IMG/VR virus record: IMGVR_UViG_3300028601_000026
Span: 25,984-89,983 of that record
From: a virus
Lineage: Duplodnaviria; Caudoviricetes
Direction: 5' to 3' (one strand)
Length of the DNA stretch: 64,000 nt
Positions 37,004-46,700 of the stretch are shown here, in pieces (position 1 is the first letter of the stretch; every line of letters starts with the position of its first letter). The notes under the pieces are model-generated. The model was not told the origin of the DNA and did not search any database. It worked only from the letters and a program-made list of their open reading frames with translations. Both the position numbers and the translations under genes were made by a program.

Positions 37004-38104
37004 TTAGCGTTTTCCACGGCACAAGTCCCAATAGCCGCACCATTGCGGATTACAGCACCAGGCCTCCGGGTCACAGCGAGGAAAAATCCCTGCGGAGATC
37101 TGCTTCGCCGCGTCCTCGACAATGTTCTCCACATGAGTAAATTCCCCCGGATCGAATCGATGCCGGAGTATACGTACGTTGCTCCCTACATCCTGTACCG
37201 GAGCCAGCAGATCAGGCAGAGCCTCCTGCCCCTCCTCAAGCTCCACTACCTTTTTCCGAGCTGCTCTGGGTTTTCTGGGTTTTTCCGAAGAGGAATCCTT
37301 TTTCGCAGAGCCCTTTACCAGGTTGTGGATCTCCACATTCAAAATCCCGGAACCCATGGAGTACAGATAAAACTGAAGGGAATTCTGCAGTTTCGTGGAG
37401 GCCCACTTCTTACCGGTAAATTTGTGGTCTCCCATGTGAAGCCCACCGTAGTCCAGAACATGCTCAGCCGTCATTTCTATGGCATAGGGTTTTCTGAGCA
37501 AGTCAATAAAGCCTAACACAGGAACCCCACATTTGGAAAGAAAATTCAACCGAACCTCTACTTCTTTTGGTTCGATAAACTGAGCAACTCCGGGTATATA
37601 GGAAGTTAGCAATTTATCGAGAGTTTGTGCTGTTTCGTCTCGCTCACTGACACTTACGGGTACATCCAGTTCCAAAATTTTCTCGTCATGGATGACCATC
37701 GCCAGATCTAATAGCTGCTTCTCATTAAGCAAGGGGGCTTTGCGAATCTTGTCCCCATAATACTGCTCGAAAGCTGCATGTCCCGAAATGCCGATAACAG
37801 CTGCGTACCCGGGAGGCCGCCGAATTCCGAGAATGTACCGAAGGTAGTACTGATAGGCGCAGCGCTGCAGCATCCCTATCTGGGAAGGTGACAAGTACCC
37901 TTGAGGCAGGGTGTAAGGACTTTTGTTTTCCAGAAGTCCGTCCTTGTCCCTCTCTCCCGAAGCCCCTAGAGCCTCGGGAGAAGGCGTCTCCGTACTCAGT
38001 TCTTCCAAGGGAGCTTTTTTCGATCTTTCCTGCTGTTCCTGAGCCTGCGCCGCTACCGCGATTTTCAATTCTTCAACAAGGTCCTCTTCCAATTCTACAC
38101 TCAT
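37004..38104 (-). CDS. PD-(D/E)XK nuclease, Cas4/RecB-like (copy 2)
   Basis: LSPSQIGMLQRCAYQY, GISGHAAFE, VLGFIDL, GDHKFT, C-terminal CDPEAWCCNPQWCGYWDLC. Confidence 0.85.
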   Translation of the reverse strand: MSVELEEDLVEELKIAVAAQAQEQQERSKKAPLEELSTETPSPEALGASGERDKDGLLENKSPYTLPQGYLSPSQIGMLQRCAYQYYLRYILGIRRPPGYAAVIGISGHAAFEQYYGDKIRKAPLLNEKQLLDLAMVIHDEKILELDVPVSVSERDETAQTLDKLLTSYIPGVAQFIEPKEVEVRLNFLSKCGVPVLGFIDLLRKPYAIEMTAEHVLDYGGLHMGDHKFTGKKWASTKLQNSLQFYLYSMGSGILNVEIHNLVKGSAKKDSSSEKPRKPRAARKKVVELEEGQEALPDLLAPVQDVGSNVRILRHRFDPGEFTHVENIVEDAAKQISAGIFPRCDPEAWCCNPQWCGYWDLCRGKR

Positions 38105-38107
38105 GGC

Positions 38108-38860
38108 TTACCCTTCCTGCGCTAAATTGTCAACCTGAGAGAGCAGCCGTTCCTGTCCCAGGTTATAGGAAAACAAAATGTAATCACCCAGTGCCTGACG
38201 AAAATTTTTAGGGTGGTTGTTGCTGGTACCGCCGAGGTAGCACCTCAGAGCATCTTCTGCAGGAGACTTGGATCCCGCTTGAAGAGCTCTGTCCATGTAA
38301 TGGCGCAGAATGTAGGCAGATGCCCGAAGGCTGCCCTCAGCCGTAAAAAGCTCTCCAATATGCTGAATTACTTTTTGGGTAACCAGGTTATCCGTGTGCT
38401 GCTTATGCACCCAGACAAAGGGGTTGACTTGCATCAATCCCAGGGACCCTTTATGAGAGACGGCATCCAGGCGGTAATCCGACTCCACATCGGCCAGAAA
38501 AAACAACAAGCCTTCGGGAAGATTGAATTCCCGTGCGGCCCTCTGTAGATGGTGAAAAATAGCCTGCGCGTCCTGTTCTGTCAGAGCGGGATTACGATGC
38601 TGCATGAAAGCCACAGCATTGCGATAATCAATCACGGCACCCGGACTTCCGGAGATCTTCTCCAGGTCCCGGAGAGAGTTCATGGAAGCCAGAGAAAAAT
38701 CCCCGGCATGCACTGGAGCTATGGGATTCTTTGCCGCCACCACCGAGAAGAGGCATACGATAAAGACAACCCCCAAGGTAGTGCTGCGTACGCAGAGGCC
38801 AGCATCCCGAAGCCCCGCCTGATACTGATACAAAAGCCACTGCAAAGGGTTTGTTTTCAT
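38108..38860 (-). CDS. Lytic transglycosylase (SLT) with N-terminal hydrophobic anchor
   Basis: ADVESDYRLDAVSHKGSLGLMQV, ALRCYLGG; hydrophobic segment TTLGVVFIVCLFSVVAA. Confidence 0.9.
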   Translation of the reverse strand: MKTNPLQWLLYQYQAGLRDAGLCVRSTTLGVVFIVCLFSVVAAKNPIAPVHAGDFSLASMNSLRDLEKISGSPGAVIDYRNAVAFMQHRNPALTEQDAQAIFHHLQRAAREFNLPEGLLFFLADVESDYRLDAVSHKGSLGLMQVNPFVWVHKQHTDNLVTQKVIQHIGELFTAEGSLRASAYILRHYMDRALQAGSKSPAEDALRCYLGGTSNNHPKNFRQALGDYILFSYNLGQERLLSQVDNLAQEG

Positions 38861-39056
38861 AGACGACCTTTCTGGTCTTCGAAAGCAAGAGAAGTGTTAA
38901 GGGGCCGTTTCGGACCCCCTAGAAAACCTGATGAATAAAATGGTTATTCGATAACCGGGGGAAGTTCCGAATCAGGGCCCCCGGTGGCCTTGCCGGTAAA
39001 CCGAGATACCAGCTTTTTACCTTCTGTGGTTGCTGCCATAGCCGCAAGCATTCCGG

Positions 39057-41279
39057 TCAGGTTGGTACTCCTACCCACCCCCCCTCATGCAACGGCATCT
39101 TCCTCAATCGAATAATGCTACGCTTCTCCGCCTCCTCTCTGCGGGCATGCCAAACACATTTCTCACTGTAGATGCGTATGGCCCGCTCCTGGCAATAAGC
39201 CTGTTTTTCACAATCTCCGCACACCAGCAGCTCGTGAAAAAACTCTTTGATATCCTTCTTCTCATCGAGCATTTTCAGTACGGTGAATTCCAGAGACACT
39301 GGACAGACCAGATCGTAGACCACGACTTTCTCTTCCTGCCCGATACGATAGTTACGATCCAAAGACTGCAGACGATCCTCAAGCTTCAGAGAGCGGGAGT
39401 AATAAACCATGTACTTGGCAGCATTCAGGGTAATAGCAATGCCTTGGCTGCTTTGCCCAAGAAAGACTTGCTTGGACGGATCTGTATTGAAAACCAAATC
39501 GCAGTCCGGAGTCCCCGCCAGGACGTAACCCATACCCCGTTTAAGCAGTAAAGCTTGGATGTCTTCCAGCTCCTTTTGGTAGTAAGCCCAGATAATGACT
39601 TTTTCTGTTCCTATCTCCTCGAGGATCTCTTCCAAAGCCTCCAGCTTAGGGTTGCTGGAAAAGGTGTAATACTCCCGTTTCGGTTTCTGAATGCCTTTTA
39701 CCTGATCGGTGCCAAACCATGCACATTTCTTCTGCCAAGGATAAATATCTTCATCCAGGCACTTCTCTAGAAATTCACAGTCATTGCAAGCTGTGTCATC
39801 CCGCTGTATTGGGAAAATGAAAAACCCGCTCATGACCTGAAGCAATTTATTGATACGCAAGACTGACATCTCCAGGGGGATACTCCGCCCCTGCAGCTCC
39901 ACAACTCCTTCTTCTACAATGTTGTTATAGATCCGTGTTTGTTCACAGGAAGGCCAATAGTAGCGACGAATAAACGTCCTATCCGGTAAATCCAAACAAT
40001 CATCCCGCTTAAATACCGCAATGTAGGGATCAATGTGCCGTTTGAGGTCATCCAGATTTTTAAAGCCTACGACCGCGTGTTTGTTGTACTCGCTGGTCAC
40101 ACAGTAGCGGGACTTAAATCTCCAGAAATTGGTATTGAGAATCGTCGGGTGCAGAACTGTAAAAGGCATGTAGAGGTCCAGCGGGCTGCCCAGGGTAATC
40201 GTGCCACTCAAAATGTAGCGATGAGCCGCCCTCTGTCCGATATTGTTTACTGCGGTGCTGCGTTTGGAATCATGCCCTTTGACGCGGTGGCCTTCATCCA
40301 TAATCAGAACGTCGTACTCCAGCTGGTTTGTGAAAAAATCGTAGTCTTCCAGGTAACTCAAATCATTGGCCAGGTAGCGACGCGCTTTAAGGATTTTAGG
40401 GCTTGGAATGCGATACTCGGTGCTGTCCATGCCTCGCACTGTAAATATCCTGCGCGTACGAGCCCCTTCTACTCCTTGCACGAAGTACCATTCACCTTCC
40501 TTCTCCAGTTGCACCTGATCGTCTTTTTGAATTTCTGATTTCCGCAGCACCTGGAATTGCCGGGCGCGTGACTCTACTGGAGTGACCGCTTCGTAGTTGG
40601 TGATCAGAACATCCCAAGGGTGCTTCCCAAGAATGTCTTCCCGAAGGGCCTTTCTTTTATCCGGACTACCCTCATACCGAAGGGGCACTTGTTTAGTGTG
40701 GAGGAGTGTTTCCGCCTCCCAGTTACGCAGGGCGATTTTGGGAGCGAGCACCAGCATCTTAAGGCGCTTCCCAAAAACTCTCTCGTAAGCCTCCAAAAAA
40801 TTCAAAGCAATGTAGGTTTTTCCTAGCCCGGGATCGGCCAGAATGGCCAGATAAGGCATATGCAGCATGGCCTCTATAGCTCTGAGCTGATGCGTTTTTG
40901 GAGGAAAGGTTTTCCAGAAAGGGGAAGTTATCTGCTCCAGATAATGCAGATCCCTTATTTGATCAGGTACCCCCTTAAGAATAGCCAGCGCCTGAACCGC
41001 TTGGGGGGAGGCTTTGGCCTTTGGGAAAAGGGCTTTAAAATCTTTTAATGCAAATAAGTTGGCGGGGTAGAATCTTGGAATGACATAGACAAGCTTCCCA
41101 CCTACCCGCTGAGTAGCTACCCCATGTATTTTCCTCGCGTTCGGATTGAGGGATGCGAAAAAGAAAGTGGCTGCACTTTCGCTATACAAGAGGATTGGAT
41201 CTTCCTCCAGGGAAAGTCTCTCCGAAGAAGGGGCAGGGTCCCTTGTCGGTACAGGTAGTTTTGGTATCGGAAATCCCAT
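39057..41279 (-). CDS. SNF2-family SF2 helicase
   Basis: LADPGLGKT, IMDEGHR, ILSGT, GIAITLNAA, QSLDRNYRIGQ; RBS aaggag. Confidence 0.9.
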   Translation of the reverse strand: MGFPIPKLPVPTRDPAPSSERLSLEEDPILLYSESAATFFFASLNPNARKIHGVATQRVGGKLVYVIPRFYPANLFALKDFKALFPKAKASPQAVQALAILKGVPDQIRDLHYLEQITSPFWKTFPPKTHQLRAIEAMLHMPYLAILADPGLGKTYIALNFLEAYERVFGKRLKMLVLAPKIALRNWEAETLLHTKQVPLRYEGSPDKRKALREDILGKHPWDVLITNYEAVTPVESRARQFQVLRKSEIQKDDQVQLEKEGEWYFVQGVEGARTRRIFTVRGMDSTEYRIPSPKILKARRYLANDLSYLEDYDFFTNQLEYDVLIMDEGHRVKGHDSKRSTAVNNIGQRAAHRYILSGTITLGSPLDLYMPFTVLHPTILNTNFWRFKSRYCVTSEYNKHAVVGFKNLDDLKRHIDPYIAVFKRDDCLDLPDRTFIRRYYWPSCEQTRIYNNIVEEGVVELQGRSIPLEMSVLRINKLLQVMSGFFIFPIQRDDTACNDCEFLEKCLDEDIYPWQKKCAWFGTDQVKGIQKPKREYYTFSSNPKLEALEEILEEIGTEKVIIWAYYQKELEDIQALLLKRGMGYVLAGTPDCDLVFNTDPSKQVFLGQSSQGIAITLNAAKYMVYYSRSLKLEDRLQSLDRNYRIGQEEKVVVYDLVCPVSLEFTVLKMLDEKKDIKEFFHELLVCGDCEKQAYCQERAIRIYSEKCVWHARREEAEKRSIIRLRKMPLHEGGWVGVPT

Positions 41280-41407
41280 TAACCGTCTCCTTGGCCGTTA
41301 AAAAGTATGGCGATCCCTCTGTGAAATTGAAGTCATGGACACAAAAAAAAACCCCGGAGAAAACTCCCTCCAAGGCTAAAAGCTTGCCCAGCTTTCACCG
41401 AGACAAC

Positions 41408-41438
41408 TTCTTATAACAAATTAATCCTAATTTTTGTG
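41408..41438 (-). promoter_or_regulatory. Promoter-like motif CAnAAA-N13-TTGTTATAAGAA, copy 2
   Basis: Heads the minus-strand replication operon. Confidence 0.7.
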
Positions 41439-41473
41439 GAGCAGACAACACTTAATAAAAAGGTAGGTCCTGG

Positions 41474-41486
41474 CCATTATCTAATA
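41474..41486 (+). promoter_or_regulatory. Candidate late promoter motif CCATTATCTAATA
   Basis: 33 nt upstream of the portal ATG; near-identical to 7372-7384. Confidence 0.45.
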
Positions 41487-41519
41487 AGCAAATACTCACT
41501 CTACTAGCCAGGGATACGT

Positions 41520-43244
41520 ATGTCAGACCTCCTGATGACCACGCCTACCGGGGTTTTCGGTTCCAAAACCGATACCCGATATACCCGTCTTTACAGCAAT
41601 CAATTTTTTGACTATCTCAGTGAGCAGTTGCCTCGAAACGTCAAAGAGATGTTTCGATGGTGTGAGCTGGTGTATTCAAACTCCCCCCTACTGGTCAATG
41701 GCATCAAAAAGTTGATCAACTATCCGATCACTGACTTTACCTTCAAAACCGAGGCAGAAGGCATCAAACAAGCCACTAAGGAGTTGCTGGATGCCCTGAA
41801 AATCGAGACGCATCTCATTCAGAACGGTTTGGAGTATTACATCTATGGGAATTCCTTCCGCAGTATGTATATTCCATTCACACGCTTCCTGATCTGTAAG
41901 TCCTGTGGTCATGCGGTCAATGTCCGGCAAGCTTCCTTCAAAATCAAAAAATTTGAGTTTGTCCTGAAATGTCCGAACTGCTCCAGAACGGGGATTGCAG
42001 AAATTCGGGATGACAAAATTTTCGATCTGACAAAAATCCGGATCATCTCTTGGAACCCCAAATCCATAGAACTCTCCACCAATCCGGTCACCGGGGATAA
42101 AACCATCTATTACACCCTGAGCCCTGGACTCCTGGCCTCCATTATGCGAGGGGACGTAGAAACTGTCGCCACAGTTCCCAAGGTGTATTTCGAAGCCGCT
42201 CGTAAGAGCCGAGCCATCGACATTACCAAGAATACTTTCCACTTTTCCGCCCCTTCCCTGGCCGGCATGCAAAGTGGTTGGGGGATCTCTCCCTTGGTAC
42301 CCTGCCTGAAACTGTATCTGTATATCTCTATCCTTCGCAAAGCCGTAGAAGCCATTGGCTTGGAACACATCACCCCCCAGCGTATCCTGTTCCCGGAACG
42401 AGCCACTACGGACCCTTCAGTCATGTCTCAGATGTCAGCCTGGAAGGAACAGATGTACCGGGCCCTGCAGATGTGGCGAGTAGATCCCAACTACGTCATG
42501 CTGGCCCCTATCCCGACAGGTGTGGTCAACGTCGGCAGTCAGGGACGAGCCCTGATGCCCACCAACGAAATCAAAGCCGCCGAGGAAGAGATGCTGCGAG
42601 CTCTGGATATTCCCCCAGAGTTCATCATGGGAACCACCAATCTGAACAACTCGGGAGTAAGCCTGCGCTTGATGGAGAATCAGCTGCGACCGTATATTAA
42701 GCAGCTTGAAGATTTTCTAGATTGGGTGGTCACCATGATAAATGCCCACTATGGCAAAAACTACTGTCAGGCCCGCTTTACCCCCTTCACTTTGTCGGAT
42801 GATGTCATGCAACGACAGCTGCTGCTTTCCGCAACCCAAACCGGTATGGCCAGTCGGGAATCCGTACAGGAAGCTCTACGCCTGGACCCGGATACCGAGC
42901 GGGAGCGTATGAAGAAAGAACAGCTGGACAATGCCCGTCTCAGTCGAGAAGTGCAGGAAGAAATCCACAAGATGGAAAATGATCCGGCAGCCATGGCTGC
43001 CGATGCTATGGCGGCCCAGAGTACCGGGACCATCGGGCAGTACGATCAGCAGCAGATCATTAACCATGCTCAGCAATTGGCTCAGCAGCTGGCCACTATT
43101 CCTTACGAAGAAAGGAAAAGCCAGCTCGCTCAGATGCAGGAGGAGGATTTCATTCTATGGGCGCTGGTTACCAAATTCCTGGAACGTGTCCACGAGCAGA
43201 ATCGAGCCGAGCGTAAAGCTGAAGGCTCTCAACCTATAGGATAA
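41520..43244 (+). CDS. Putative portal protein with Zn-ribbon insertion and Gln-rich tail
   Basis: 574 aa; WCELVYSNSPLLVNGIKKL, GWGISPL, EMLRALDIPPEFIMG patterns; CKSC...CPNC insert. Confidence 0.65.
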   Translation: MSDLLMTTPTGVFGSKTDTRYTRLYSNQFFDYLSEQLPRNVKEMFRWCELVYSNSPLLVNGIKKLINYPITDFTFKTEAEGIKQATKELLDALKIETHLIQNGLEYYIYGNSFRSMYIPFTRFLICKSCGHAVNVRQASFKIKKFEFVLKCPNCSRTGIAEIRDDKIFDLTKIRIISWNPKSIELSTNPVTGDKTIYYTLSPGLLASIMRGDVETVATVPKVYFEAARKSRAIDITKNTFHFSAPSLAGMQSGWGISPLVPCLKLYLYISILRKAVEAIGLEHITPQRILFPERATTDPSVMSQMSAWKEQMYRALQMWRVDPNYVMLAPIPTGVVNVGSQGRALMPTNEIKAAEEEMLRALDIPPEFIMGTTNLNNSGVSLRLMENQLRPYIKQLEDFLDWVVTMINAHYGKNYCQARFTPFTLSDDVMQRQLLLSATQTGMASRESVQEALRLDPDTERERMKKEQLDNARLSREVQEEIHKMENDPAAMAADAMAAQSTGTIGQYDQQQIINHAQQLAQQLATIPYEERKSQLAQMQEEDFILWALVTKFLERVHEQNRAERKAEGSQPIG

Positions 43245-43252
43245 CGATTGCC

Positions 43253-43732
43253 ATGTCTTTTAAGGAGTTCTCCGAATCTGCAGTAAGTAGTGGCTTTTCC
43301 GAAGCCCCTTCCCTGGGCAAATTGATGAGTGGAGCGGGCTCCGGCCCCTCCAGTAATCCCCTTCAGGAGGCCCTGAAGAAAAAAGGGTTGACCTTGAAGG
43401 TGCGATACCTGACAGGAGCTGTCTCTGATGATGGCTTTCGTATGCTCTTGGAAGACATCATGACGCGGAGCCTGCACCGGGGAGAAGTCCTCCAAGCCTC
43501 TGGAGATGTCGCGGTGCTGCGGGAAGACCACACCTTCGATAAGTCCGGAGAATATATTGTGGCTCTGAAATATATGGAGGTGCTTTCTTTGGACGGGCAT
43601 CTGGGCGAACTCCATGAAGAACTTAAAGAACAAGGTCTGCCTGAACCCGCCCCTACCGATATGGAGGAAGTTCTGAAAAATACCTTCCTGACCCCTGGAA
43701 CCCCCTCACCCATTGCCTTTGATATGGAGTAA
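43253..43732 (+). CDS. Hypothetical protein between portal and RNAP
   Basis: 159 aa ORF in tight operon. Confidence 0.7.
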   Translation: MSFKEFSESAVSSGFSEAPSLGKLMSGAGSGPSSNPLQEALKKKGLTLKVRYLTGAVSDDGFRMLLEDIMTRSLHRGEVLQASGDVAVLREDHTFDKSGEYIVALKYMEVLSLDGHLGELHEELKEQGLPEPAPTDMEEVLKNTFLTPGTPSPIAFDME

Positions 43733-43736
43733 GTGC

Positions 43737-46700
43737 ATGCCTGCACCTTCGCTTCGCCGCATAGTAGACAATCCGGATAACATCCGGCGAGCCATCTTTG
43801 ACAGCGCCATACGAGCCTTGCAGGGAAAATTCCCCATACAGGCCAAGCACGTCACCATCCAGGCCAAGAACTTCCGGGTGGAGCACGTACCCTTGTCCCA
43901 TAATCAGCAAAAAACCATCCTGATGGCTCGGGGCAACGCTTCGGATCCCGTCTATGCGGATCTGGTGATTACCAGCAACCAAACCGGAAAAACCCTGCTG
44001 GAAGTGCCCAAGCATCGCATTATGAGCCTGCCTTACTACACCAATCGGTATACCTTCCTGGTGGATGGGAATGAATACAATGTAGTGAATCAGCTGCGTA
44101 CCAAGTCTGGTGTCTATACCCGGCGGCGAGGCAACGACACCCTGGAAAGCGCGTTCAACCTGGCTAAAGGGGCCAACTTTAAGCTACTCATGGACCCTGA
44201 GACCGGAGTATTCAAAGTAGACATCCTGCATTCCACGCTGCCTTTGATCGGGGTCCTACGGGTACTGAGCACTCCTGAGACAGAGATCCGGCAAGAACTC
44301 GGGCCTGATCTGTATACGGCCAACTTGATTTCTGAAAATCAGTTCAACAGGACTTTGAACACCCTGTATGAAAAACTGGTGCGCTACAAATCTCCTCTGG
44401 GGGACCGTGCCTCCAAAGAAGAAAAGATGCGGGCTATTCGTCAGTATTTTGAAGGTACAGAAATCAATCCGGAAACCACCAAGTTGACCCTCGGGACAGC
44501 TTTTTCCTCCGTGTCTTCAAAAACCATCCTACAAGCCGCTAAAAAAATACTGCGGGTCTACAACGAAGAAGACGATCTGGACGAGAGGGATAATCTCGAG
44601 TTCCAGAAAGTCTTTTCCGTAGAGGACTTTGTGCGTGAAGTTCTGGAGAAAAACACGGCAGACCTGCGTAAAATCAAACAGCGCCTGGACTCCTTCTCTC
44701 CCAGTGGTAAACAAGCGGAAGACCGCCTTTCCATAAAAGCTGCCTTAAGCCCTGCCTACTTTTCCAAGCCGCTCAAAAACTTTATTGTCACCAGTTCTAT
44801 AAGCCGTCTTCCCGGGCAGATTAACCCCATGGAGATGGTATCCAGTTCCGGAATTGTCACCCGGCTGGGAGAGGGGGCCATCTCTTCTGACCGAGCGGTA
44901 CCGGATGAGACCCGCGCTGTAAACTACTCTTACATGGGAGTCATTGATCCGGTAGAAACCCCGGAAAGCGGGAAAATAGGTATCGATAACCGCTTTACCC
45001 TCACCGCCCTGAAAGGTACAGACAATGAGTTGTACCAGGAGGTTGTGAACTGCCATACCGGTCAGCGAGAAAAGAAACGTCTCATAGAACTGCGAGACAA
45101 AATTCTTGGCTTCCCGGATGAAAATCCGGAGGCTGCGAAAAAACCTTCAGATATCGTGCCTGCCACCCAACATGGGAAACTGGTGAAAGTTCCCCGTCGA
45201 TCCCTTGATTACCAGATCCCTTCTATCAGCCACCTGGGATCTGTAGCCGTCAATTCCCTGCCGTTTGTCAATGCCAATCAGGCAAATCGTATCGTTATGG
45301 GTTCCAAGCACATACAGCAGGCTCTCCCTCTCAAGTATCGGGATAAGCGTCTGGTGGAGGCTGATCTCGGGAACGGTAAATCCACTTACGACGAGGTAGG
45401 CAGTTTCATGCTGCCCAAAGCCCCTGTAGATGGCAAAGTGATCCGTATTGATGACGACTTCATCTACATTCGTGGAGTAGACGGAGTTACCCATCAGGTG
45501 GACTATGAGAAAAATATGCCTCTGGCGACCAAGACCATGCTGGACAATACCCTCACGGTCAAGGTAGGGGACAGCGTGAAAAAGGGAGAACCCCTGGCAG
45601 ACTCCAATTTTACCAAAGATAAAAAGCTGGCTTTGGGGAAAAACCTGCGAGTCACTTATCTGCCCTACTTCGGGATGAATCATGAGGACGGCATTGTCAT
45701 TTCTGAGGGCGCCGCCAAGAAATTAACCTCTGTACATTCTGAAAAAGTGGTGATCGGGCGTGAGGGCTCTCGCTCTTTTGATAAGCGGAAGTTTGCCAAC
45801 TACTTCCCTACAAAATTCACTCAGGAACAGCTCACTAAACTGGATGAAGAAGGGATTGTAAAAAAAGGCCAACTTCTTCAAAAGGGGGACCCGATAGCCC
45901 TGGTACTGGAAGATAATTCGGAGTCTCGATCCAATCAAATCCTGGGACTGCTCCACAAAAGTTTGCGTGACCCTTACCGCGATGCCAGCGAAGTCTACGA
46001 GGAGAATTACCCCGCGGAAGTTCTCGAAGTTCACAAAACCGGTCGGGTGGTGACCGTACTGCTAAAGATGGAAAAGCCCATGACGGTGGGGGATAAGCTC
46101 TGTTATGACCAATACACCGAGGTCTTGACCGATAGAGGATGGGTCAGAATATCAGAGGTGACCTGGGAAGACAGGATTTGCACCCTGAACCCCTCTGGAG
46201 AGATTGAGTACCAAGGCTTTACGGAAACCCATAGGTACCCACAAGGGGGTCGCATGTACAGCCTGGTGTCCCAACAGCTGGACATGCTGGTCACTGATAA
46301 GCACCGTAACTACGTTAAGCTTAGAGGTGCAGAAGATTTTTCCCTGGTATCCGCTGATGAGATGTTCGGTAACCGGGTCCGCTTCAAGAAATCTGGTAAC
46401 TGGGTTGGGAGCTCCCCTGAAGTGATCACCCTCCCTTCTCTCGAAGTGAAGGCTGGGCAGTCTGGAAACGGTTCCCGTTGGATGCCTGAGGTTCAGATTC
46501 CGGTCAAAACCTACATGATGTTGTTGGGGGCCTACCTCTCCGAGGGGAACTTGGTCTTTCATGAGGATAGTGGTTCTTTTGGCATCGATATCTGTTGCTA
46601 CGCCGAACATAAAAGAGACGCTCTGCTTCCTGCCTTGGATGAAGCTGGTCTAAAATATACACGCACACTGGACAAAGGGCAGGTACGCAGCATTAGGATC

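Noticed and set aside
33138-38104. CRISPR-Cas locus
   Set aside because: No cas1/cas2 and no repeat-spacer array in the window.
38928-38955. Hammerhead-like CUGAUGA...stem...GAUA
   Set aside because: Lacks the GAAA core and the conserved G-C closing pair.
38944-39051. 35-aa minus-strand ORF between SNF2 and SLT
   Set aside because: No well-spaced RBS and no recognisable motif; cannot be supported.
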